A stretch of 64,000 nt of DNA from a candidate division FCPU426 bacterium. Lineage in GTDB: Bacteria > Oederibacteriota > PGYV01 > Palsa-1178. This document shows positions 10,612 through 19,751 of the stretch, one piece after another. The notes beneath the pieces were generated by a model that was not told the origin of the DNA, ran no database searches, and saw only the letters and a program-made list of their open reading frames with translations. Both the position numbers and the translations under genes were made by a program. The stretch is from positions 352,001-416,000 of the forward strand of contig CAWIXE010000002.1 of assembly GCA_963840035.1 (NCBI GenBank), in the 5' to 3' direction. The stretch's first letter is position 1; each line of letters opens with the position of its first letter.

Positions 10612-13059
10612 ATGAAAAAAGTATTTTTAACGCTGATGCTGACAACAATAGCTTCGATAATACTTGGCTACGGCGGAACAGTGCCTACAGGGCTGCCAAA
10701 CGTATTTGGTTTCGGTTCCATAGACAAGCAGGATCCGTATGCGTCTGACATGCCAAACAGGTGGAAGGATACTTCCGGATGCTGGGATTACACATATGTT
10801 TACTTAACGCCGGGATGGCATAATTGCTGGACATACTGCGCAAACGGCCAGTTCGCGAAGGATGAAATGACATACTGGCAGGCAAAGAACATGATAGAGG
10901 TTTTTACTTTCTATTATCAGCCTTCAGGCGACGGCGCTACCATATGCAACTGGTATAATAATGCAACTAACATGAAGAAGTGGTTTGATGAGCTCACCAT
11001 ACTGTTTCAGGCCATAGCAACAACAGCCAATCCCGTGGCAATAGTGCACATAGAACCGGACCTTCTCGGGTTCATGCAGTCAACGGGGAAATCAGCTGTT
11101 TCCGTGGGGTCGTGCGGAAACGCCGATGTGGCGGGGCTGTCCAATAATCTCGCCGGCTGGCACGCAGGCATAATGAAGCTGCGCGATAAGTACGCGCCCG
11201 GAAAAGCCCTCATTGCGCATCATTACACGCACTGGGCCGCGGTGGATGATGTGTTCTCAAATAACGTCTCTGATGGGCAGATAGCAAACCACGTAACAGT
11301 TGTGGGGGATTTCATACTTAGCATGGAAGGCACCAGCCCGAAAGCCGACCTTATATTTTCAGACCCTTCAGACCGTGACGCGGACTGGTTTAGAAAAGTA
11401 AAGGGGACTTCGACCCGCTGGGCTGCGATGAATTTTACGGCAACATCCGGCGCCAGGAGCTGGGGTAAGGTGGCAAATGTCATCAACCTGATGTCAACAA
11501 AACTTAACAGGCGCTTCATGTTCTGGCAGATGCCCATAGGCAATACTTTTTATAAGACATGCGACAATACCAACGGCCACTTCAGGGATAACAGTGCCCA
11601 GGCCATGATACCTTCCAGCACATATGACGGTTCCTTGGGCGCTACTCCCGGCGACGCATACAGCGCTTCTGATACATCCAAAGGGCCGAAGTACTGGGCA
11701 AGTAAGGGTGTCATCGGGTGCCTTTTTGGCGAGGGCGGATACAACTGGGACCCGGACAGCGTGCCGGTAACGCATTTGAGGGACTATCATCCGACAGACA
11801 CCACTTATAACGGATCAAGTGACGCTTTTGGCGGGGGACCTGCTGAAAGCGTGTGGGGGACAGCAACTTCAAATTCGGCTGATAACGACGGCGGTTACAT
11901 AAGAAAAGCCGTGGCCAAATATTGCCTGACAGGGAAGACATCATTATCCGGAAGCGTATCTTCACCCACATTTACAAAGACAAACACGCCTGTGCCGCCG
12001 ACAGCCACATTTACAAAGACAAACACGCCGGTACCGCCGACAGCCACATTCACAAAGACAAACACGCCTGTGCCGCCGACAGCCACATTCACAAAGACAA
12101 ACACGCCGGTACCGCCGACTTCGACTTTCACATATACAATTACAGCTGTGCCGCCGACTGCCACATTTACAAAAACAAATACCCCTGTGGCGCCGACAGC
12201 CACAAAAACAGATACTACGCTGCCTACGGAAACATGGACACCTCAGCCGCCGGCCGCGACGAAGACCTTTACAGCCACTAAAACTAACAGCCCGCTGCCT
12301 ACGGAAACATGGACGCCGCAGCCGCCAACTTCCACAAGCACGTCGACCAGGACGCGGACCGCCACTGTAACAATGACGGTCACGGCCCCTCCGACCGCCA
12401 CCTTTACTTTCACTCCGGTATATTCCATAACTGCATCGCCGACAAATCCGCCGGCAGGTTCTACGTTTACATTTACCGCGACCAGGACAAATACGCCGCT
12501 TCCGACAAATACCATGACGCCGACCCGCACCTGGACTGCGTCGCCGCTGCCTACGGCCACATTTACAATTACCTTCTCGCCCACAAACCCTCCGGCAGGG
12601 TCAAGCCCGACATTTACCCGGACAATCCCGCCGACGCCCGCAAATACGGCAACATCTACGCGTACGGCGGTGATTCCATCGGCAACAGCAACGCCGACCA
12701 CTTATATTCCGGCCGCGACGGCGACATTTACAGCAACTTCTGATGCGGGGCATGGGGAACTTCTCATTGATAAAATATCGTCATCACCGTGCACGGGTGA
12801 TTATTTAAATATTAATTTTAATATTAACAAACGCTGTACCGCCATTACTGTCCGGGTTTATACGATGTCTTACAGGCTGGCAAGAAAAGTCGAATTTTCC
12901 GGCACATACGCCGCCGGGCGAAATACCGTGCAGCTGACAAGGAAATACCTGAAAGGACTTGGAAGGGGATCGTATTATTTTGTGATAGACGCGGTAGATT
13001 TTGAGAGAAAAGTAAAGTCTTCGAAAATAAGCGCTTTTATAATGGTCAATCAATACTGA
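10612..13059 (+). CDS. Secreted glycoside-hydrolase-like protein with long Thr/Pro linker and CTD-like C-terminal domain
   Basis: Signal peptide; aromatic-rich ~430 aa domain with IVHIEPD and FWQMPIGN; ~260 aa T/P linker; C-terminal domain similar to that of the GH9 (VYTMSYRL, GRGSYYFVI). Confidence 0.65.
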   Translation: MKKVFLTLMLTTIASIILGYGGTVPTGLPNVFGFGSIDKQDPYASDMPNRWKDTSGCWDYTYVYLTPGWHNCWTYCANGQFAKDEMTYWQAKNMIEVFTFYYQPSGDGATICNWYNNATNMKKWFDELTILFQAIATTANPVAIVHIEPDLLGFMQSTGKSAVSVGSCGNADVAGLSNNLAGWHAGIMKLRDKYAPGKALIAHHYTHWAAVDDVFSNNVSDGQIANHVTVVGDFILSMEGTSPKADLIFSDPSDRDADWFRKVKGTSTRWAAMNFTATSGARSWGKVANVINLMSTKLNRRFMFWQMPIGNTFYKTCDNTNGHFRDNSAQAMIPSSTYDGSLGATPGDAYSASDTSKGPKYWASKGVIGCLFGEGGYNWDPDSVPVTHLRDYHPTDTTYNGSSDAFGGGPAESVWGTATSNSADNDGGYIRKAVAKYCLTGKTSLSGSVSSPTFTKTNTPVPPTATFTKTNTPVPPTATFTKTNTPVPPTATFTKTNTPVPPTSTFTYTITAVPPTATFTKTNTPVAPTATKTDTTLPTETWTPQPPAATKTFTATKTNSPLPTETWTPQPPTSTSTSTRTRTATVTMTVTAPPTATFTFTPVYSITASPTNPPAGSTFTFTATRTNTPLPTNTMTPTRTWTASPLPTATFTITFSPTNPPAGSSPTFTRTIPPTPANTATSTRTAVIPSATATPTTYIPAATATFTATSDAGHGELLIDKISSSPCTGDYLNINFNINKRCTAITVRVYTMSYRLARKVEFSGTYAAGRNTVQLTRKYLKGLGRGSYYFVIDAVDFERKVKSSKISAFIMVNQY
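11966..12202 (+). repeat. 39-bp coding tandem repeat (TFTKTNTPVPPTA), about 6 copies
   Basis: Four near-identical units and two degenerate units, in register. Confidence 0.9.
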
Positions 13060-13074
13060 TCGTTTTTAATGATA

Positions 13075-13108
13075 AAAAGGCCTGGCATTTAGCCCGGCCT
13101 TTTTTTTT
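13075..13108. terminator. Bidirectional terminator between convergent genes
   Basis: AAAAGGCCTGGC-ATTTA-GCCCGGCCTTTTTTTT. Confidence 0.75.
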
Positions 13109-13277
13109 ACTGGTTTTTTCCGCACCTTAAGCAGATAAATTTTTCTTTTCCCGCTGAAGGAATCACAACTTCTATCTTTCCGCCACAGCCGCAAACAAGC
13201 CTGCGCGGGCCTTTTCTTCTGTCCGCTTTGACCGATGATTTCTTTTTCCTTCTGTCTTTTTCCCTGTTGTCCTTCAT
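13107..13277 (-). CDS. Small basic protein (56 aa) with DRR repeats and a CxC...CxxC zinc-ribbon-like motif
   Basis: GGAGG RBS 5 nt before ATG 13277; MKDNREKDRR...ADRRKGPRRLVCGCGG...CLRCGKNQ; stop lies in the shared terminator. Confidence 0.65.
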   Translation of the reverse strand: MKDNREKDRRKKKSSVKADRRKGPRRLVCGCGGKIEVVIPSAGKEKFICLRCGKNQ

Positions 13278-13450
13278 GGAAACCTCCGGGTATGTAAGTT
13301 TACTTAATTTAGCATAAGATTTAAAAAATGACAATTATAAAATCGCCGGCAGTACCTAAAGTCAGTTTTTACGAAAAACAAACTAAAACGTATATACGAA
13401 AAGCTTCGAAAATACGGGTAAAATTAGGAAACCCCTTTTTAAAAAACGAT

Positions 13451-13468
13451 TTTGCAACAAGTTGCAAA
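13451..13468. promoter_or_regulatory. Palindromic operator candidate TTTGCAAC-AA-GTTGCAAA
   Basis: Perfect 8-bp arms, 24 nt upstream of a -35 box in a divergent intergenic region. Confidence 0.5.
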
Positions 13469-13492
13469 GGTTACAATATACCTACAATCACC

Positions 13493-13521
13493 TTGACTAT
13501 TGCCATATTTAGTGGTAAAAT
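13493..13521 (+). promoter_or_regulatory. Sigma70 promoter
   Basis: TTGACT-N17-TAAAAT. Confidence 0.65.
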
Positions 13522-13570
13522 CTCAAAAGGGTGTATTATATATAGAAAAAACCGAAGCGTGAGGAAACTG

Positions 13571-15643
13571 ATGCAATCAGGCAAAATGCCTATTAGAAAT
13601 GCCGATAACCCTATAGTAAAAACCACACTATTTATAATCAATATCATGTTTATTTGTATTTTTATTTTTACGAAACCGTTGTTTTCGTCAAATTTCGGTA
13701 CAAATACCGCGGAATTTTTGAAAATAAATCCGGAAGCAGCTCCCGCAGGCATGGGAGAGGCATATATTGCCGTTGCTGAAGGCACTAACGCGCTTCAGTA
13801 TAATGCCGCAGGACTGGCCTTTCTCGATAAAAGCGAAATAACCGCGACTCAGCTCCTTTGGTTTAATAACATAAACATGACCCATGTTGCATATGGCCAG
13901 CCGCTTGCTTATGGATTTGGCCTGGGCGCGAGCATACTATGGATAAATTTCGGAAGTTTTGATTCCACCGGAGGCGTGGCCTCGCCGATAGATATCCAGA
14001 ACGGAGTTTTTAACATCGGCGCGGGCAAAAGCATCGGCGATAATATCCACCTCGGAGTGAACCTGAGGGGGCTCTACGAGAATTTTATGAGCAGTTCGTC
14101 TTTTGGCTTCTCAGCAGACGCCGGCGCGCTTTTTTACCTCGGTTCAAGAAATTTTACGCTGGGATTATCCGCGAAGAACATGGGTTTTTTAACAGGCACA
14201 AATGATTCGCTTCCCGTGGAAGCCGGTATCGGGCTTGGTTTCAGGCTCTTTAACGGTTCTTTCGATTTTTTAAATGTGGATATCGATTACAGGAAAATTT
14301 TAAATACTGACAACCAGTACCTGGGCGCCGGGCTTGAGTATTATATCGCGCAGGTAGCAGCGCTCCGGCTGGGCTTCAGGTATAATAACGCGATGGAAGC
14401 AACAAAAATATCATTCTCGGACCTTTCCAGGCTGGTGCTTTTTTCCGCGGGCGCCGGCATAAATATTAATGATTTTATTTCCGCCGACTATTCCTTCACC
14501 CCCATGGGAGACCTGGGCTATGTGCACAGGGTCACGCTCAAGATGAAGTTCGGCGAATCAATTTATGAAAGAAGGCTCTCGGAGAAAAATGTGAAGGTCG
14601 AGCCGAAAGCCATAGAAGTGCCGCAGGTAACTGTCCAGGATGGAAATATAAAAAGTGTTTCTTTTAAGCCCAATGTCCCGGACCAGAACGTAAAGGAATG
14701 GACACTCGCTATCAAGACCTCTGACGGAAAGATAGTCAAGTCATTCTCCGGTATCGGTGAAGTGCCAAAGACACTGAATTGGGACGGCACGGACGCGTTT
14801 GGCAGGATATCAAAGGCTGATACCAATTTCATATTTGACTTTAAAGCCAAGAATGATGAAGGCCAGATAATAAAGACCATAGGACACATAGTCCAGCCGA
14901 AAAAGTTTGATTTCTTGAAGGACGAGGACAGGCGTTTTGTCCCGCTTAAAGGCGAGGAAATGCTTGTGGCTCCCGTGACGCTGCTGGTGTCGCCCAACGC
15001 CGAGGAAAGAAAACAGGTTCCGTTCCTGATGGTAAATAAAAAGATTAAGAAGGTAAAGGACTGGGAGTTCGCGGTATATGACACAAACAAGGCGCTGCTT
15101 AAAAAATTCACGGGGCAGGACATGATCCCGTCATACCTCGTATGGGACGGAAAGGATACATACGGCAATTATGTAAATGACCTTAAGACCTGCCAGTATG
15201 TGCTTTCAATAAACGGTACAGACGGTAAGAAAGCGGAGATCAGGGACAGACAGGTGGTAAGGGACGCGTTTGTAATATCGGCTAAAACAAGAAAATTGAA
15301 AATGGCAAAGAGGATATATTTTGAGCCGAATACCGTGGATATTGATCCGGAGATGCTGCCGAAGCTTGACGAACTTGCCGCGGAAATTTCGCAGTATAAG
15401 AATGTTCAGATATACATACAGGGCCACTCGAGCAGGGAAGGGGAAAACGACTATAATATCAAGCTCTCACAGGAAAGGGCAAAGACAGTCCTGCGATACC
15501 TTGTGGAAAAGTATAAAATTTCGCCGCTGTCGGTCACGACCGTAGGATACGGTTCTGCTATCCCTATAGACCAAAGCGATACCGAAGAGGCAAAAATGAG
15601 GAACAGAAGGGTTGAAATAATAATGATCGGTGAAAAACAATGA
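13571..15643 (+). CDS. PorV/PorQ-family barrel fused to two FlgD-Ig-like domains and an OmpA-like peptidoglycan-binding domain
   Basis: AEFLKINPEAAPAGMGEAYIAVAEGTNALQYNAAGLA (PorV-like N-terminus); DYSFTPMGDLGYVHRVTL; two W..DG.D..G modules; IQGHSS...NIKLSQERA...GYGS..P...NRRVEI (OmpA C-terminal). Start uncertain (13571 or later). Confidence 0.8.
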   Translation: MQSGKMPIRNADNPIVKTTLFIINIMFICIFIFTKPLFSSNFGTNTAEFLKINPEAAPAGMGEAYIAVAEGTNALQYNAAGLAFLDKSEITATQLLWFNNINMTHVAYGQPLAYGFGLGASILWINFGSFDSTGGVASPIDIQNGVFNIGAGKSIGDNIHLGVNLRGLYENFMSSSSFGFSADAGALFYLGSRNFTLGLSAKNMGFLTGTNDSLPVEAGIGLGFRLFNGSFDFLNVDIDYRKILNTDNQYLGAGLEYYIAQVAALRLGFRYNNAMEATKISFSDLSRLVLFSAGAGININDFISADYSFTPMGDLGYVHRVTLKMKFGESIYERRLSEKNVKVEPKAIEVPQVTVQDGNIKSVSFKPNVPDQNVKEWTLAIKTSDGKIVKSFSGIGEVPKTLNWDGTDAFGRISKADTNFIFDFKAKNDEGQIIKTIGHIVQPKKFDFLKDEDRRFVPLKGEEMLVAPVTLLVSPNAEERKQVPFLMVNKKIKKVKDWEFAVYDTNKALLKKFTGQDMIPSYLVWDGKDTYGNYVNDLKTCQYVLSINGTDGKKAEIRDRQVVRDAFVISAKTRKLKMAKRIYFEPNTVDIDPEMLPKLDELAAEISQYKNVQIYIQGHSSREGENDYNIKLSQERAKTVLRYLVEKYKISPLSVTTVGYGSAIPIDQSDTEEAKMRNRRVEIIMIGEKQ

Positions 15644-16731
15644 TGAGACAGTATAAAATAGCCGTGGCCGCGCTGTTTGCGCTTTTACTTATGTCGGCAT
15701 GCACCCAGATGAAAGAGGCAGGCGGTGATACGGCCGAGCATATTTTTAACATGGCAAATGAGGCCATCGCGCGCGGGGATGAAGCCGTAGCCATAGATTT
15801 GTTTTACAAACTTAATCAGGATTACGGGGCTTTTAAGAAGTACCGTGCGGATGTGTTATACAGGCTGGGTACGCTTTTATACAAGACTGAGCGTTACGAT
15901 GAATCCGAGAAAGTGCTATCCATGTTTGTTTCCAAGTTCCAGCAGGATGCGAGGCTGAAAAAAGCCTACGAAATGCTCCTTTACATTTATATGCAGGAGA
16001 CACATGACGAAGCTAAGGCTCAGAAAGTCCGCGACCAGTATGCCGGGAAATTTGGCAATAACCCCACATTAAAGCAGATAGACAAGACCATGACAGTACT
16101 CTCGGGCGAGACGCAGGAAGCTTCAGCCCTGCTGGCGCTTGACGCGGTAAACATCGGCATCATCGGTTCTGCCGCGGTTAACGGTTATGACAGGGAATTC
16201 TACCCGGTCAGGAATTATATACTTAAAAGCGTCAGGTCGCCGGACGGCAAATTCACGGTTGAAAAAAAGAAAAAGGCCGGCAATTATTATCTGTATATAG
16301 ACCAGCTGCCTGCCAAAGGCCAGCCCATACGCATCGATAAAAGTTCAGGCGGATACGCGCCGCAGTGGTCGTGGGATTCAAAATATGTGGTTTTCACATC
16401 CATGGACTGGGCGACTGACGAGCGCAGGGTCAGAATATATGACGTCAAAAAGAAAGTGGCCAGGGACCTCTTCAGCGCGCCGGGGCTTGAGCCGCTGCTT
16501 TGCATCTCGCCGGATTCTTCAAAGATAATTTTTACATATAACGGAAAGCTGTGGATTATGAACAGCAACGGCAACGGAGTATCGCTGCTTTCAAAGTCGA
16601 TGTCCGCTAAAAAAATGTGGATGATTGCCTGGGCAAGGGAAGGCGGCAGGATTATTTATTCAAATAAATCCGATAAGTCGCTTTATTATGAGTGCAGGCT
16701 TGGACGCAGGGAAATAGAGGCTATAAAATAA
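15640..16731 (+). CDS. Lipoprotein with TPR and TolB/PD40-like propeller repeats
   Basis: Lipobox MSAC; ADVLYRLG TPR; SPDGK, PQWSWDSKYVVF, SPDSSKIIF. Confidence 0.7.
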   Translation: MMRQYKIAVAALFALLLMSACTQMKEAGGDTAEHIFNMANEAIARGDEAVAIDLFYKLNQDYGAFKKYRADVLYRLGTLLYKTERYDESEKVLSMFVSKFQQDARLKKAYEMLLYIYMQETHDEAKAQKVRDQYAGKFGNNPTLKQIDKTMTVLSGETQEASALLALDAVNIGIIGSAAVNGYDREFYPVRNYILKSVRSPDGKFTVEKKKKAGNYYLYIDQLPAKGQPIRIDKSSGGYAPQWSWDSKYVVFTSMDWATDERRVRIYDVKKKVARDLFSAPGLEPLLCISPDSSKIIFTYNGKLWIMNSNGNGVSLLSKSMSAKKMWMIAWAREGGRIIYSNKSDKSLYYECRLGRREIEAIK

Positions 16732-16832
16732 GGATGTTTTTATACGGCCGGATTATGATTCCGGCGCGTCTAATAGGCAGCGGGAAAACTAAGCCTTAAC
16801 CCGAGGTATTACATCACAACACGGAGGTTTTT

Positions 16833-18686
16833 ATGAAAAAGATATTTGGATTAATGCTGGCCATGCTGGCGCTTGTAACACTGAATCCCGGTGTGTTTGC
16901 GTCTGTCGATGAGTATTCCAAAGCCGTCCAGCTGGACGGGAATAACGTGGTTGCCAGGTTTAATCTGGGGTTGGCGTACTATCAGGAGCAGAAATATGAT
17001 GACGCGGTAGAGCCTCTGCGCAAGTCGCTTGAAATAAACAGGGAAGACAAGTCCAGCCACGCGAAAGTTGATTTTCAGGCGGCGCAGCTGCTGGGAATAA
17101 TATTTTTTGAAAAGAACAATATTGATGAGGCCATAAACTTTTTTAAAAAAGCGGGGGAGATAAATCCTGCGGAAGGAAATAATTACTACTATATGGGGCT
17201 TGCCTATAAAAAATCCGGCAGAACGGATGACGCACTGAAATCATTCATTAAGGCCCTTGAAAACGGGGCGGACGATACCGCGGAGAATAATTTCCGTATA
17301 GGGCAGATATACTATGAAAAAAAGGAATATGGCAGCGCGATCGAATACTTTGAGAAAGTTACCGCGAAAAAACCTGACTTCGCCGACGCCAGGGAATACC
17401 TGGGCGATATATACGACAGGCGGGGTATGGCTGATAAGGCCGTGGAAAATTACACGCGCGTTGTCAGGGTCAACCCGGATAATATCCACGCGCAGTACCA
17501 GCTGGGGCTGAATTATTTCAAACAGAAAGAATATGACAAGATGATCGCGGCGTATAAAAAAACCATAAGCATAGACCCGAATTTCGCGGACGCCCATTAT
17601 AACCTGGGCATGGCATATTATTACAGAAACATGTATGAGGACGCCATTGCCGAGTTCCAGACGGCCATTAAACTTAACCCGAACGACGCTTCCTCTTACT
17701 CGCTTCTCGCGCAGACAAAGACCACGGCTTATGAGTTTCATAAGAATAAAGGGTCCACATTTTTAACGGAAGAAGATTATTTGCAGGCAAGGGATGAATT
17801 TCAGATGGCCCTCAATGTAAAACCGGGGGATTCCGACACACAGAAGTTCCTTGACAGGACAAATGAGTCGATAAGGTCGCTGATACCGGTGAAGCTTAAG
17901 GCGGCAAAAGACAACTTTGAGTCAAAAGATTACAGCAACGCGTACAATAACTGGGATTTTGTGCTTAAGGCCCAGCCGGATAACGGCGAGGCAAAAGAAG
18001 GGATGAGTAAAATTGAAAAGAATCTGTCGGAGTTGATAGCGGCAAGGGCTGAAAAAGCCGAGAAATTCGCATCTGAGGGCAAGCTTGCCGAATCAGTGGC
18101 GGAGTACGCTGATATTTTAAAGTTAGCCCCCAAGTCAAAGCAGGCGGCCTTAACCGCAAGAATGTCCGCTTTAATGACGAAGCTGCGCACGAAGGTAACC
18201 GCGCTGCTGACGGACGCGGACGCGGCATACGCGAAAAAATCCTACGCCAAGGCCTTAAACAAATATACTGAAATACTCCGTTACGAAGCAAATAACAGCC
18301 GGGCATTAAACGGCATTACTAAAGTAAACGCAAAAATTGACGCGGATAAGGAAAAGTACCTGGCTATAGCCAAGCAGAACAAGGCAAGCAACAGCGCAAA
18401 AGCCGTGGAGTATTATAAAAAGGTTGTACAGATGGACCCGAACAACGAAGAGGCGAACAAGGCCATCGTGAACATAACGGGAAAGCAGTCTTCCGTGTCG
18501 CTGGACGCGCAGAAGATAAAGTCCCTTTACTATGAGGGCGTGGACAAATATGTCAACGGCGAGGTAGAAACGGCGATTAAGGTTTGGAAAAAAGTCCTTG
18601 AAATGGACCCGAACCACGTGGAAGCAAGGAAGAACATTAAAAGGGCCGAAGAAAAACTATTGGCAATCAAAAGCCTGAGCAGGTGA
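16833..18686 (+). CDS. Periplasmic multi-TPR protein
   Basis: Signal peptide; many TPR motifs (ARFNLGLAYY, AHYNLGMAYY, DPNHVEA). Confidence 0.85.
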   Translation: MKKIFGLMLAMLALVTLNPGVFASVDEYSKAVQLDGNNVVARFNLGLAYYQEQKYDDAVEPLRKSLEINREDKSSHAKVDFQAAQLLGIIFFEKNNIDEAINFFKKAGEINPAEGNNYYYMGLAYKKSGRTDDALKSFIKALENGADDTAENNFRIGQIYYEKKEYGSAIEYFEKVTAKKPDFADAREYLGDIYDRRGMADKAVENYTRVVRVNPDNIHAQYQLGLNYFKQKEYDKMIAAYKKTISIDPNFADAHYNLGMAYYYRNMYEDAIAEFQTAIKLNPNDASSYSLLAQTKTTAYEFHKNKGSTFLTEEDYLQARDEFQMALNVKPGDSDTQKFLDRTNESIRSLIPVKLKAAKDNFESKDYSNAYNNWDFVLKAQPDNGEAKEGMSKIEKNLSELIAARAEKAEKFASEGKLAESVAEYADILKLAPKSKQAALTARMSALMTKLRTKVTALLTDADAAYAKKSYAKALNKYTEILRYEANNSRALNGITKVNAKIDADKEKYLAIAKQNKASNSAKAVEYYKKVVQMDPNNEEANKAIVNITGKQSSVSLDAQKIKSLYYEGVDKYVNGEVETAIKVWKKVLEMDPNHVEARKNIKRAEEKLLAIKSLSR

Positions 18687-18689
18687 CGG

Positions 18690-19706
18690 ATGAAAGTAAC
18701 TATTTATGATGTGGCAAAAAAAGCCGGGGTTTCCATATCTACGGCTTCAAAAGCGTTAAATGACAGGAAAGACGTGGGTGATGCCACGAAAGACAGGATA
18801 CGTATTATCGCTAAGGAACTAAGCTATGAGCCTTCGCATTTCGCGCGGGCCCTGGCCATGCGTAAGACCGGAAATATTGGCGTTATTTCAGTGAGGTATT
18901 ACCAGGCTCCGGTTATAACAAACCCTTTTTATTCAAAGATAATTGAAGGCATAGAAGAACAGCTGGTTAACGCGAACTTAAATCTGGTTACAAATGTCTT
19001 AAGGAAAGACCAGGTTGAGGCGCTTGAGCTGCCAAAGATGGTTAAGGATAAATCGGTTGACGGAATGATCCTTCTGGGACACATGCCGGAGAATTTTGTG
19101 AAAATGGTAATGGACAAATCACTGCCGGCCGTGATGGTGGATAATTTCATAAAGGGCGCGCCGGTAAGCTCCATGATAATTGATAATTTTGACGGCGCGT
19201 ATAAGGCTGTGACATACCTTCTGGAGACGGGCCATAAAAGGATAGCTTACCTTTCAGGGCCGCGTGAACGTTACAGCTTCAGCCAGAGGGCTGAAGGTTA
19301 CAGGAAGGCGCTTACGGACAAAGGCGTGAAAGTGGATGAGAAACTCATGGTGTTTGACGACGCCGAGAGCGAAGGGTACGCCTGGATGAGAACCGTCATG
19401 GAAGGGCCGAACAGGCCCGATGCGATATTCGCGTGCAATGACGTTAACGCCATCCTGGCCATCAATATGCTGAAGGAAAAAGGCTTAAGGGTTCCCGAAG
19501 ATGTAAGCGTGATTGGATTTGACAATCTGGAGCTGACGGAGCATTTTATTCCGTCCATTTCCACAGTTGATATTAATAAAGAGGCCATGGGCATAAAATC
19601 CGCGGACCTTCTTATAGATATAATTAATACCAAGAAAAACAGGATCGAAAATGTGGTTTTTCCCACAAGCCTTGTAATCAGGAATTCCGTGGCAAAACGG
19701 TCCTGA
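18690..19706 (+). CDS. LacI-family transcriptional regulator
   Basis: TIYDVAKKAGVSISTASKALN HTH; VPEDVSVIGFD. Confidence 0.95.
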   Translation: MKVTIYDVAKKAGVSISTASKALNDRKDVGDATKDRIRIIAKELSYEPSHFARALAMRKTGNIGVISVRYYQAPVITNPFYSKIIEGIEEQLVNANLNLVTNVLRKDQVEALELPKMVKDKSVDGMILLGHMPENFVKMVMDKSLPAVMVDNFIKGAPVSSMIIDNFDGAYKAVTYLLETGHKRIAYLSGPRERYSFSQRAEGYRKALTDKGVKVDEKLMVFDDAESEGYAWMRTVMEGPNRPDAIFACNDVNAILAINMLKEKGLRVPEDVSVIGFDNLELTEHFIPSISTVDINKEAMGIKSADLLIDIINTKKNRIENVVFPTSLVIRNSVAKRS

Positions 19707-19751
19707 TAAACCAATTTTATGAGCCGGCGTATGCCGGCAACCCGAGGAAAT

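Noticed and set aside
11966..12202. Tandem repeats (also 23057-23260) as a CRISPR array
   Set aside because: No unique spacers, in-frame coding repeats, and no cas genes.
9726..12701. Antisense Val/Gly-rich ORFs
   Set aside because: Shadows of the Thr/Pro codon repeats on the coding strand.
13328..13570. Long N-terminal extension of the PorV-OmpA ORF (likewise 22859-22963, 34470-34583, 35443-35556)
   Set aside because: These overlap promoter or repeat DNA; better starts with an RBS, signal peptide or family N-terminus lie downstream.
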